Positions 43,641 through 55,977 of a stretch of 64,000 bases of DNA are shown piece by piece. The notes beneath the pieces were generated by a model. That model was not told the DNA's origin. It worked only from the letters and a program-made list of their open reading frames with translations, and made no database searches. The DNA is from the human T2T-CHM13v2.0 reference genome, Homo sapiens: the NCBI RefSeq assembly GCF_009914755.1, contig NC_060926.1. One strand, written 5' to 3'. Position numbers and translations under genes: made by a program. The first letter of the stretch is position 1; every line of letters starts with the position of its first letter.

Positions 43641-43870
43641 TTTGGTATAATAAGTGCTTACTATGTCCCCAATACTGTTTTAAGGAAGGTATTTACTTAA
43701 TCTTCCCAATAACCTGAGATAGGCATTATTATCATCATTGTCATCTCTGAGTCACAGATGAAGAAACTAAGGCACAGAGAAGTTTAGTAATTTTTCCAAG
43801 ATCACACAGCTAGTGAATAGTAGAGCCAGGATTTGAACGCGAGACACCGGCTCTTTAACCACCATCACAT
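43635..43870 (-). mobile_element. MIR
   Basis: acagatgaagaaactaaggcacagaga...ccaagatcacacagctagt...ggatttgaac. Confidence 0.85.
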
Positions 43871-44282
43871 GTAGTGTCACCCTTATTGTGTCACTCAGTT
43901 AATGATAAAGAACTACTGCACTTTAATGCTTCTTCTCTATACCAGACTCTCAGAAATTGATACATACTAAAGTATGCTTTCAAATGTCAATCATTTCCTA
44001 TAAGTGCCTAACATTTTAAAGTAATAAAGTGTGATTTTGAGCTAAGACTGGTAAACAAAGTGTGCTGCAGCCACAAGCGTACTGCGCTTTAGCCTCTATC
44101 TAGTTCAAGAACCACTTCCAGAGGATATGAGTGAGGCTTACAGGCGTGTGCAGGTAATTCTCCCTGCTCAACTGAGATTACCATCATTAGCTCTGGTCCA
44201 TAAAGGGAAAACTAAGACACAAAAGCCACATTGATGTTCTAGGCCACACAGCCAATTGCAGTGACTAGAAGAAAGAAGCCTC

Positions 44283-44380
44283 CCCGGGCGGCGAAGGTTG
44301 CAGTGAGCTGAGATCGCGCCACTGCACTCCAGCCTGGGCCACAGAGGGAGACTCCGTCTCAATTTAAAAAAAAAAAAAAA
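44283..44380 (+). mobile_element. 5'-truncated Alu (3' part of right arm only) with TSD aag(a/g)agcctc
   Basis: ggttgcagtgagctgagatcgcgccactgcactccagcc + poly-A; TSD at 44273-44282 and about 44379-44388. Confidence 0.9.
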
Positions 44381-45403
44381 GGAGCCTCTGAGGGGCCCTC
44401 TGGGACTGCAGTAGGTCACACATGCTCCCTGCTTATTAGCATAGAACGCCCTGGTGATTCATGCAATGGAATGTTTCAGCCAAGGATGTCACCTAATAGA
44501 GGATATGTTGATACAGCTTTATCTGAGAAGTTACATAATCGTCCTAGTGTGGAAATGCCATAAAGGAATTTCTGGCTTGAATAAAAGAGGTGTGTATCCC
44601 CTGGGAAGTACTCCACAAAGGGTATGAGGAGATTTTCAGTGAGAAGCTGACTACCCCAGACTGGGCAAGTGACTTGTTAAAAACAGGGCTCAATGGAGGC
44701 TCTCTGAGGACAGTGACTGCGCCCACTTTGATTTGGTAAGGCTTTGACTCCTGCTCGAGAGAGTCCAGGGACCCCTAGACCTGCCTGTCCTTCCACAGGG
44801 AAGAGCGACCTTTCTGTATCTAGCCTCCTGGGATAGAAAGGTCCCTACCTTGAGTCCTCTCTGCTTCGTTCTTTCAGGTCACACATTTATTTCTGCAAGC
44901 CTTCAGACCTTCCATTCTCTTTCTGCCCTAGAGAGCAGAATGAATCCTTCCCCCGATTTTGTTGGAATTCTCTGAAAGAAATCCTGCCGAGTCTCCCACT
45001 CTGGAATACCACCCCCAGCACCCAATCTTCCCTCGACCTCGCCCCCCATCGCCCCACCAGCGCCCAGGACGTGGCAGGAGGAAGGAGGCTGGAGGGAGGG
45101 GCGCGGGTGGCACGAGCACCTGTCACCTGACCGGCTCGGGCCCTCACTTCTCCAGCCCCGGCCCTGCCCACCCTCTGGCCGGTGAGAGCCGACAGGGCCC
45201 CCGCCCTCCCGGACCCGGACAGGCCCGTCCCTCCCGCCCCGGCCTCCGCCACCGTCCAATGGCCGAGGGGCAGGGCCCGCTGAGCAAGCCGCGGCAGCCC
45301 CGCCGGGTCCCCGCCCTGTTCCCGGTTCCCGAGCCGGGCCCCGGAGGCCTTTAAATGCTGCCCAGGGCCGACGCGGCACGGCCCTCGCCACTTTTCTTGG
45401 TCG

Positions 45404-45427
45404 GGCAGCGGCAGCGGCAGCGGCAGC
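45404..45427 (+). repeat. (GGCAGC)4 hexamer repeat near the probable TSS
   Basis: ggcagc x4 read directly. Confidence 0.9.
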
Positions 45428-45558
45428 AAGCAGCCCCGTCGGCCCGGGTCCGGGGCCGTTCTGGGCCGCGGCAAGCACCTTCGCCCTCCCAGCTCGCGCT
45501 GCCTCCCTCCCCTCCCCTCCTCCCAGGCTCTGCCTGCCAGGTCGGCGCCGGGCCCCGG

Positions 45559-45574
45559 GCGCGCGCGCGCGCGC
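45559..45574. repeat. (GC)8 dinucleotide tract
   Basis: gcgcgcgcgcgcgcgc read directly. Confidence 0.95.
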
Positions 45575-45701
45575 CCCCTCGTGTGTGCGCGCGCCCGCCG
45601 CCAGCTCGGACCCGCGCCCCCGCCCCCGCCCCGCGCAGGACAGCCCCGGGATCCCCGCCCGCGCGCCGCGTCCCACGTACCCCGCCGCGCCGGGCAAGAA
45701 G

Positions 45702-45737
45702 ATGGCGGGATCAGTGGCCGACAGCGATGCCGTGGTG
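45702..45737 (+). CDS. LGALSL: LGALSL coding exon 1 (MAGSVADSDAVV)
   Basis: ATG in good Kozak context (aagATGg), 12 codons, then donor GTG|gtgagt. Peptide recognised as the N-terminus of galectin-related protein. Confidence 0.95.
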
Positions 45738-46499
45738 GTGAGTGTGGCAGGGCGCGCGCGAGGCGCCCCTCCCCGCCGTCCCGCACTCCGCCGCCGCCTG
45801 CTCCAGCAGTGCTGGGGTGCTGAGCAGCCGCAGGCCCGGCCGGCGCCCGGCGCGTGGGAAGGCGCCCGGTACCTGTTAGCAGCCGCTGGCTGCGCGCGGC
45901 CGGTGTTAGGGGCTGGAGAGGCTCCCGGGCTGCGGGGCTCTGGGCTGGGGAGGGAGTTTGGGGAGGATGGCGGGTAGGGACGCCCGACAGCCCCCTCTGT
46001 GCCGTGCAACCGCCAGCCAGGTGTGCGCGTGGGTGAGTGTGTCCGGGGCGCGCGCCCCGCCACCGCCCCCGACGTACCGGGGATTCCCCCTTGGAAATGG
46101 GTCGGCGCCCGGGGCTCCCGAGAGAAGTTGAGCACGGCCGCTGCACTTCAGTCACGTCCCGAAGGACAGGCCTGGCCCACCGCGCTTCCAGAAGCGTTTA
46201 CGGTTGGAGAGGGGCCTGCCCTCCTCCGGCGTGGGGCTCTGGCTCTTCGGTGGACCTCGACCTTGATTTTGATCTGGATCTGAAGGGTCTGCGGATCTTC
46301 AGAGGCTTAACTACCGGGTGGAAAGGATGGGTTTTGTTCGGGGGTGATGAGATTATCTAAGAGACGGTGAAGAGGCATCATCTGCAGACACTGTGTGCAT
46401 GTGGAAGGCTGCTGGATTCCACCACATCTGTGTGGGTTCTTCCTCCAGCCCCCCAAAAAAGAGCCCATGGAAAGCCAATCTGTGTACTTCTATTTTTAG

Positions 46500-46682
<183 letters not shown>

Positions 46683-46714
46683 TGAGGTCTTGGCTTTTCC
46701 CTAACAGGCTGTAA

Positions 46715-46834
<120 letters not shown>

Positions 46835-47329
46835 TAAGGCAGAGTCTTTGTCAGGACAGAACTATCAGGCTGTGGCTGAGCCCTGCCCACTTCTGTTGTG
46901 GTTTAGCACTCCTCTTCCTCTCCTTGTGGACAGTGTTGCTAGTTGCCAGTGCCAAGAAAGTACCATGTTCCCATGAAACGAATATGTATGAATCCCAGCC
47001 ATCATTTCTCCAGACAGCTATTTATATCAGAGATTATAAATATAGGCCCACATTTTCTCTTTGACCCTTAGGGAGGCCAGAGGATTTTTTTTTTTTTTTT
47101 AATGGTTTTGAAACATGGTGCCAGGAGCAAGAACTATCAAGATGAATAAGAACCCAACTTAACATTATTTCCCCTGGTCAATTTCTGTGGCTGTTTTTGA
47201 GAATTCCGAAGTGGAATTCTCTAATTTTAGTCATTTTCAACACCAAAGTTTTCACCAGAGCTTGCTTTAGGTAACAAAATAAGCTGGTTTGACTTACTTC
47301 TCCATAATCTAACCTCTCTTGAAGAGTAG

Positions 47330-47779
<450 letters not shown>

Positions 47780-48294
47780 TGATATAAATTAACACTTGCC
47801 ATAGTATCTTCTTAGTTCTATTCAGGTCATACATTTAAATAGACCCATATTTACATGTCCAAATTGTTAAGAATAAGTAACTTTTCTATGTAGTACCCAA
47901 CATATAGTAGATACCTACCCCCAAATATCTGATTGATTAATCAGTACTAAGTACCCACTTATTAAATATTAATATTAATAAGGTTGAGAGCTAATAAGTA
48001 GCTCTTTTATTTGTATGACATTTTAAAGAATATGATGATGATCATTTCATTTTCTCTTGTTCCCTTTGCTAATGAGGCCATGTTCGTGTCCTTGTTTCCC
48101 CCTCTGGATTAATTAGCCTCAGTCTATTTCATGGTTACAGGCTGTGTGGCTGACAAATTCCTTCCCTTGGGGCTGGATGAATAAAGATTTGCTCCCCACT
48201 ATCTTCTGGGCAGGAAGCACAATCCAAACTTTTCATCCAATCAAGCAGCATTAGCAGCCCCTTCCTCTATGAAAGGCAATGCCAAATAAGAGAT

Positions 48295-48590
48295 GCAGGT
48301 AGTGGCACAGTGGCTTGTGCCTATAATCCCACCACTTTGGGAGGCTGAGGCAAGAGGATTGCTTGAGCAAAGGAGTTCAAGACCAGCCTAGGAAACACAG
48401 CAAAAACCCTGCCTTTAAAAAAAAAAAAATTAGCCTGCCATGGTGTCACACACCTGTAGTCCTAGCTACTTGGGAGGCTGAGACGGGAGGATTGCTTGAG
48501 CCCAGGAATTCAAGGCTGCAGTGAGCTATGGGTGCATCACTGCACTCCAGCCTGGGTGACAGAGCAAGGCTCTGTCAAAAAAAAAAAAAA
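48295..48590 (+). mobile_element. AluJ-type in LGALSL intron 4
   Basis: Full Alu in sense orientation. Confidence 0.93.
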
Positions 48591-49249
48591 TAAAGGGAAA
48601 TGCAAGTAGTAATGGTGTTAAAAAGGGGTCAGACCTAGTGATGAATTGTCATTACACCTTAACATTACATCACAATAATGACAGCTCAGTTAAAAGCTCC
48701 ATGTTACATGTGAGCCCAATAAAACACAACTACACTTAACTGGTTACCCTTCATCTAGAAATTTTCAAGTGCCTCGTGAAGAAGTAATTCTTTCACTTCT
48801 CTTCTTACATTCTGGGGAAAATAAGAATCCATGATTTTTGCATTGGTGGTAGAATTGAGATAGTTGCACTTCTAGTTATAGTCTCTGGAAGGCACCCTTG
48901 ACCCATTATCTCTCCTCATCCCCTTCTCTAGAATGGTGATGTCCCCTTGGGCTCCTCTTGGCTAGGATAGTTTCTTAGTGATGAACCTTAATGCATAGCT
49001 CATGAATGTGAGTAACCACAGCTTCTGACTGCCAGGAGGAATATAATGCTCCCAACAGCAAAACTGAAGTGAAATAGGCCCTTCTTGGTGATAAAATTTA
49101 GTAATATAAAATAAATGTGACTAGTATCACATATGGAGCCTCCTTACATGGTGAATGCCAATGCTTTTAATAAACCCATCATAGCACACTACCAGTAATT
49201 GAACTTTATGGTAAATTACTTGAGGAAAAAGCTTTTACACTTACATTCT

Positions 49250-49346
49250 ACACAGGAATCAGAAATTTTGGAGGTAGAGCCCAACAATCTGTGTTCTAAC
49301 AAGCCCTCTGCAGGTCTCAATGCATTCTGATGTTTGTGAACCACTG
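49250..49346. mobile_element. MER5A fragment in intron 4
   Basis: gaatcagaaattttggaggtagagccc...aatctgtgttctaacaagccctc...tgaaccactg. Confidence 0.7.
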
Positions 49347-49409
49347 AAGATACTGCCTTTCTTTCTCTAAAATGAAGTATTGTTTGTTTTCCCCAGTAGC
49401 GTTCATTGA

Positions 49410-49583
<174 letters not shown>

Positions 49584-50027
49584 TTTAAACCACCTCTATT
49601 TCAAATAGGATCACGTGCCACAACTATCTGACTGTTGGTCTGGAAGAAGTGTCCTAGCAAGATCTGGAGACTTAAAAAGAAAACAAAAACAAATGGCAAG
49701 TTTCACTTAAGGGTGGTTTGCCCTTAAGAAGAAAGCTGTTGGGACAAAGACACCGAGCCATTATACCCAGAATAAAATAATACATTTATGCTGGATTTTA
49801 TTCAGACCAAACTAAAATGGATTTGTGATGATTTGTGATTTGGTAGCAAATTATTCATCTTTTCAAAGCAAGGCAATGCTTAGAAACAGAAGTGCTAAAG
49901 ACACTTAAAAAGCCAACAACAACGGTACAGTGAAATCAATGCATTTCTGCACTAAAGTGGAATTGTGTAGCACAACCAATATTTTAGTCAGGGTATTTAC
50001 ATAGAATGTAGGTTGTTCAAGGTTTGA

Positions 50028-50068
50028 CTTTTTTTTTGTTTTTTGTTTTTGTTTTTGTTTTTGTTTTG
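50028..50068 (+). repeat. (TTTTTG)n tract in the 3' UTR
   Basis: Read directly. Confidence 0.9.
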
Positions 50069-52514
50069 CACAGCATAATGTTAATTCAGATTGTTGAAGC
50101 TTTCTTGTAGTTATTTATTTATACTCAATGTATGTATTAAAGAATGAACAATGTCTCAAGAACAGCAAGTTGTAAACTTTTGAATGTATAAATATCTTAG
50201 GTCCAAGGGGAGAAAATTACATATTACAATTATGAAACAGGTGAATTTCTGCTTTAAAGAATTGAGATTCTCCATACCCCTAAACTTAGGATCTCTTGAT
50301 ATAAACTGCTGTAAGTGCTTTTGGGAAACCTTTGCAAAACCATTTTGATAAAACTGCTTTCCAAGTTATTGTTGGTTATGTAAAATTCTATTTACATTGC
50401 TTTTTCTCCTTACTGGGAATTAGCACATTATTGGCTTCCTTAAGACTAATTATTTCTCTCTTGATTTATATAATAGCTCATTAAGTTGTTATTAATCAAA
50501 AACACAAAGAGGTGATTGCTTAGACAATTTTTAAAGTGACTATAGTATAAACTTTTAAAAGAATAATATGAAAATGACTGTGGAATGCAGTGTAAAGCAG
50601 AAGCAAACGGCCCTGAATAACTTACTTGGAAGTAATTTATATCAACTTAAGCTGTTAGCTCATTGTATAACTTTTCTTATGTGACCCTCACCAATATCCC
50701 TAAGTAATGCCTTTGGAAGCTTCAGAGTAGAAGATGCTTCCTACTGTGTTGGCTCTGAGGAGATAGTAGGATTAGATAGGATCCAGATTAGGAAATGATC
50801 CAGTTAGTTTATCTGAAAGGTTAACTCCCAGGACTCCAGGTCTTTGAATCCAGCCAGTAGAGTGAATGCTTCCAATTAAGCTGTAGGTGTTACCCTGCAC
50901 TTACGGAACTGATCAAACAGGTGACTCCAACAGGAGGTTGCAGTACTGTAAACGTCACCGCAAGGCAAGGGATGCTTAAAGTCCTGGGTTCTGGACTTTA
51001 AAAGCTACATTGGCCCTGGAGGGAGGGACCCTTGGCATTGCTTTGATCAGGTAGTGAGGGAAGACAGGGTTCTGGGGTGGGGGTGTATTTATATATAATT
51101 TAGGTTTTGTTTGTACAGCATACTGTGTCTTGTAATGACACATCCTTGTCCTGCTTTCCTTTTTTGAGTTTTTTTTTTTTTTTTACACAACATGCAGAGG
51201 CACTGAAGTGACCATGTCATTTTCAAGTGTCAAGAATGTAGACAGTGTTTCAGTACCAAAGTCTAAAATAAACTAAAATTATGAATTTTTTATAGGTGAT
51301 ACATTTGGATTCTTCTCAACTTTGAAACTGTTTAGCACAGTTCCATTGTATTATATAAGAAGACACTGTATCCAACAAGACTGGCTGTACATTGAAAAGC
51401 TTTATGTACCAGCCAACTTATTTAACCATATTCAGCCTGTTCCGTGGGGGCTGTTCTGTGGTTCCAGGTATTTTCAAGCCTGTGATTAACTTCTCATGGC
51501 TTGTCACTTAAAAGTCCCTAAATTTGAGAGACTTAAAGGGCACCTTGAAATACATTTGTGGAGTTTTGATCCAACTTATGGTGGAAGAGCCCCATAGGAA
51601 GACTGTTTTGAGTGGCCAACCATTCCCACCCACTGCATAATTCAGCAGAAACTAGAGGAGCAGGGCGTGTACTGATTGGAATTGACACGCTTATTCTGTC
51701 TACCTATCAGCTAACTCATTAGCAGCCAAGCCCTTAGGCAGCTTAGTGTGAAAATACAATGTTAACTGTTTGTTTCTCTGTGAGGTTAGTGGGAACCTCT
51801 TGGATAAGCCTATTGGGATTAATCTAAATGATGTGATGATTTGATTCAGGTATAGCCCAAATTAGTAAGGGGCTTTAGCTGTAAACTGAAAACAATATTC
51901 ACACCCTCTCCTGGGCCTGTAAGGTCTAAGGTGAGAATTTCAGGATGGAAAATGCAATGTAAAGCTTCCACAGGAAAGTATTCGGGTATGTAAGGTGTTA
52001 TTTCTGACCAGAGCCCTAGTTCTGCAATAACCAAAACCAAGGAGTATAAATAACAATCAGGCTCTGGGGGAATAGAAAGCAGGCTTTAGACAATCTGTCC
52101 ATTTCTACAGTAAAATTGGAGTGAGTGTGTATATCTACTTAAAACTTAATAGAAGTGACTTCTACTTTTTGGGCTATTCCAGAAGTATTTTAAAATTATT
52201 ATTTAAAATTTTGAAGCCCCATTTCAAATCTTGCCGACCTTAGTTCAAAGCCCCCTGAGAGATCACTTTTAGAATTGAGGATTTGTTAAAATGGCAAGTC
52301 ATTTCATTTGTGTTAAAAAGAAAATACCCAAAAGGAAGGAGGGAGCCCTGTTTGCCTTGAGATAAACGGCCTTGGCATTTTCTGGCATTAATGTAGAAAT
52401 AATGTTCCTATGATGACATATTTTCAAAGAAACACTTTCTTATTTACTGTGTGGTGTAAAATGTTGCTAAATGTGTTGTTACATTATGTCACTGCTGAAA
52501 GTAATTTGCACTAT

Positions 52515-52520
52515 AATAAA
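52515..52520 (+). terminator. Distal polyadenylation signal AATAAA
   Basis: AATAAA with upstream U-rich/TGTA elements and a CA ~12-17 nt downstream; ends the repeat-free UTR. Confidence 0.7.
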
Positions 52521-52744
52521 GGAATTTTCTACAAAACAGTTTCCAGTTTATAACATGCTACATTTGGCGCCAGGTATAGAGTACTTAGCATAGACCACGT
52601 GGCATAGCAGTGATTCCTCACTTTCACACTTATGCCTCAAGATAACTTTTTCCTGCATTCCCCACACTGATAAACAGAAGAAAAGTCTCTTGGGGCCCTC
52701 AGAGACCTAATAACTTACATTGTGAATGGTAAATGCAGTGGGTT

Positions 52745-53130
52745 CTTTTAAAATATAATTTGCATACAGCAAATTCACTCTTTTGGTATAAAGTTCTGAG
52801 TTTTAACATATACATATAGTCATGTAACTACCATCTTAATCAGAATGCGGGATCATTTCATCATCTCAAAAAATTCCTTTGTGCTACTCCTTTGCAGATA
52901 AATTCGTCCCCCGTTCCTAACCCTAATTAGGCGTCCACAGATCCATTCTCCCTCCCCATAGTTTTGCATTTTTCTGAATGTCATAAAAACAATCGTATAA
53001 CATGTAATCTTTTAGAGCTGGCTTCTCAATTTGCATAATGCATTTGAGAGTCATTCATGTGTATATCAATAGTTTTTATTGCATTCCATTGCATAGATAT
53101 ACTACAGTTAATCCATTCAGATGTTGAAAG
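52745..53130 (-). mobile_element. Old L1M 3' fragment
   Basis: catatagtcatgtaactacca...ttttctgaatgtcata...atgcatttgagagtcattcatg. Confidence 0.75.
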
Positions 53131-53845
53131 ATGCAGTGGGTTTTTAATCAGCAAATATAATCTTAGCACAATGTAGATACAAAAACAAGATTGCATTTCT
53201 CTTGCCTTCTCTTTCCTGTGGTTTGAATGATTAGGGAAGAAATTTAATGTCTTGGCTATTCAGCCTACAGATAAAACTGTATGGCTTATAGAAGTTTGCC
53301 CAGCTTCAATCATTGCTGGGTGACAGATTTACTCACATGCTAGATCTAGGGCCCTATTTATACCTTAATTTTATTGATCCCATTTTTTTTTAGGGTGCAG
53401 CATTGGGAGGCTGGTTTGCTGGTTCCTCTGTCACAGCTTTTGCAGTTAAGTACTGGCAGATGAGGCCTGTTAAGGTAGGGACAACTTGCTGAGGCTGTTG
53501 GACAAAAGATAGGAGAGCTTCCCTTGCTCGCTAGCCTGGCTGGGAATGCCCCTTAGGGGATGTCACATTTTACTTACGTTATGACAGCATTTTGGATTAG
53601 ATGGCCTAAAAAATATATCCATAATTGGAGCTTTGAGTGCCACGATTCCTTAAGGCCTTCATTCATTCAACAGGTATTTATTGAGCTGTGTCACTTGGAG
53701 TATAAAAGACAAAGGTCTCTGGTGGCTTTAAACTTCAGTGTGATTAACAGGCAGATAGCTCTCCCCTTCCCCGAGTCCCCAGGAGATTTCTGTTTCACCA
53801 GGTCTGGAGTAGGGCCCAGAGGTTTGTATTTTCAAAACCACCCTG

Positions 53846-54150
53846 GGCCAGGTGTGGTGGCTCATGCCTGTAATCCCTGTACTTTGGGAGGCCAAGGCCA
53901 GAGGATCATGTGAGACCAGGAATTTGAGACCAGCCTTAGCAACTTAGGGGGACCCCATCTCAATTAAAAAAAAAAGGTGTGGCAACATATGCCTACAGTC
54001 CCAGCTACTCAAGAGGCTGATCAGGGAAAATCGATGGAGCTAGGAAAGTTGAGGTGCAGTGGGCCATGATCATGCCACTGCACTCCAGCCTGCAATGACA
54101 GAGCAAGACTCTGTCTCAAAAAACAAAACAAAACAAAACAAAAAAAAAAC
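53846..54150 (+). mobile_element. AluJ-type inserted in a MER5A remnant (about 53770-54200)
   Basis: Full Alu with (CAAAA)n tail; caccctgg repeated on both sides. Confidence 0.9.
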
Positions 54151-55977
54151 AAGAAGCACCCTGGATGGTATAGGTGGTCCTGGGTCTCTTGAATCTTAGA
54201 TTAAGTAACCTGCCTTTGGGAACTCCTAACTGTTGGGTTGCACAGCCCTCTAGATTCCAATCTATGGATATCATTCTGTGAAAACTGCATTTCAACACAG
54301 GCACATCCTTCTGTGCCAAGATCCTGCAACTATCATTACAACATTACAACTATGTGCCATTGTCCCTGACTTAACTTTCTCTTCTCTAGGATTTCTCTAT
54401 CATTTCATTTGCTCACTTCTGCCTCTACCTCAAAAATAAAACACTGTGTAAAAGAAAGTTTGCCTTTCAAATGAGTCTTGTAAAAATCCTCCTTCTTTGG
54501 GTTGGTTTGGGACCTAGGTGACACTCTGACACCTATTTTAAATAGCGATTTCTCCTAGAAAGGTTAAAGTTCTGGGGGAGGCCTGTCTTCCTTCTTGGTA
54601 AGCATTTCAATTAGTTAGTCACTGAAGAATTGTCAAGGTGGAACTCAGTTTTCTCTGATGCAAATCCACGTGGTGGCTTACAGCTTGTAAAGAGGCAAAG
54701 GGCAAGTAGCAGTGGCCCAAGTGAGCTTTCATGGCACTGTAGAAATGAATTTAAAGGCTTCCTTTCACGGGAAAATGCAACTGAGTGTGTACATAATGCT
54801 GAATGGTTGCCTCGAGCCACTTGCTTCCAAATCACCAGGTTAATTTCAAAATGATTTTTCACTAAAAAAAAAAAAAAAAAGTCTTCTGCATAAGGCAGAG
54901 ACCTGCCTTGCAAAACATAGACTTCATAATTAATTAAAATGGGTGTATCTAAGGTACAGAAACAATACCCAACCTAGAGAGCAGAGGAAGAAATAGCCAC
55001 TGACTCTCTTGCTTTGATACGCCCTTCCATCTCCCAGGGAAAGATGGTGACTGGTTGAGCAAACACAGGGTGAGGAGGCATCATTGTTTGATAGGACAAC
55101 ACAGACAGTCCCTAAATAATAGGCCCTGGGAAGCTGCAAGCCAACCACAGGCCTTGGGGATGATGTGGGGTTTTGGGGGCCTTCCAAGCTTTCATGAGTC
55201 AGAACAATAACAAATGTTTGCTAATAACCCCAACACATCCCTTTCTGTCAGTATTCTATTATTAATTCTAAAAAGACAGATGCAAATTATCAAAGCTTAC
55301 CTAAACAGCTGGGATGGGAACAGGAGGAATCAAAGTGGTGAGTCTCTGGTGACAACGAGGAGTTGGGAAGGGGGCACCCATGCCTCCTGGATTTGTGATG
55401 TGTGCTCAGGTTGGTGCTTTAAACCTCCAGCCTAAACTGACCTCCTGTGGGAAATAAGGACTGCAATGCCACTTGTTATGGTGAGCTTGGAGAGCCAGAG
55501 GTGACAGCAGGTCATGCAGGAGTAAGGCATTTCTTACAGCTAATAAAGCCAGAGTTTAAAATAATCATGACACCAATTTCTATAATAATCCTCCACAGTT
55601 TTATAAAGAAACAGTGTAAAAACTGCTAATCCTTAAGACTATGCTCTAATTCACCAGAATGTGCCTTACATATAATTTCACTGAATTATCATTTTATTTA
55701 AAATCTAGCCAAAATTAGCAGTGTATTAGGCAATATTTAGAATAGCATTTGTAAAATATACTTAGGGATTTTTTTACTCTAAATTATTGCAGCTGTTCCA
55801 ATATTAGAGAGCACAGATTTCTCCTAATGCAATAACAACGACCTTTAGCCCAGCGTAAAATGGTGTTTAGTATTATAATAAAAAGTGAATAAGGAAGAGA
55901 TGCCCCAAATGATGAGAAACTGCTGAAAACATTTATTTAAATGAGAATCTTCATGGAGTAGTGTGGTCTGTTACTCT

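Larger units (their letters stand above)
45040..46270. promoter_or_regulatory. CpG island / LGALSL promoter, 5' UTR and start of intron 1
   Basis: Very high GC and CpG density against a CpG-depleted background. GC boxes (CCCGCCC), CCAAT 45256-45260, TATA-like TTTAAA 45350-45355, Inr-like CCACTTT 45388-45394. Confidence 0.93.
49584..52540 (+). other. LGALSL: LGALSL 3' UTR (~2.9 kb)
   Basis: AT-rich, no recognisable interspersed repeat between the stop codon and AATAAA at 52515; repeats resume after about 52740. Confidence 0.75.

Noticed and set aside
45585-45701. In-frame GTG (and CTG at 45534) N-terminal extension of LGALSL
   Set aside because: Both near-cognate codons have pyrimidines at -3 and C at +4, and lack of stops is uninformative at this GC content. 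It would need Ribo-seq evidence.
44887-46155. 422-aa and 410-aa minus-strand ORFs across the CpG island
   Set aside because: Arg/Gly/Ala/Pro low-complexity, open in several frames at once, non-ATG starts and no recognisable domain. Expected from stop-codon scarcity at very high GC.
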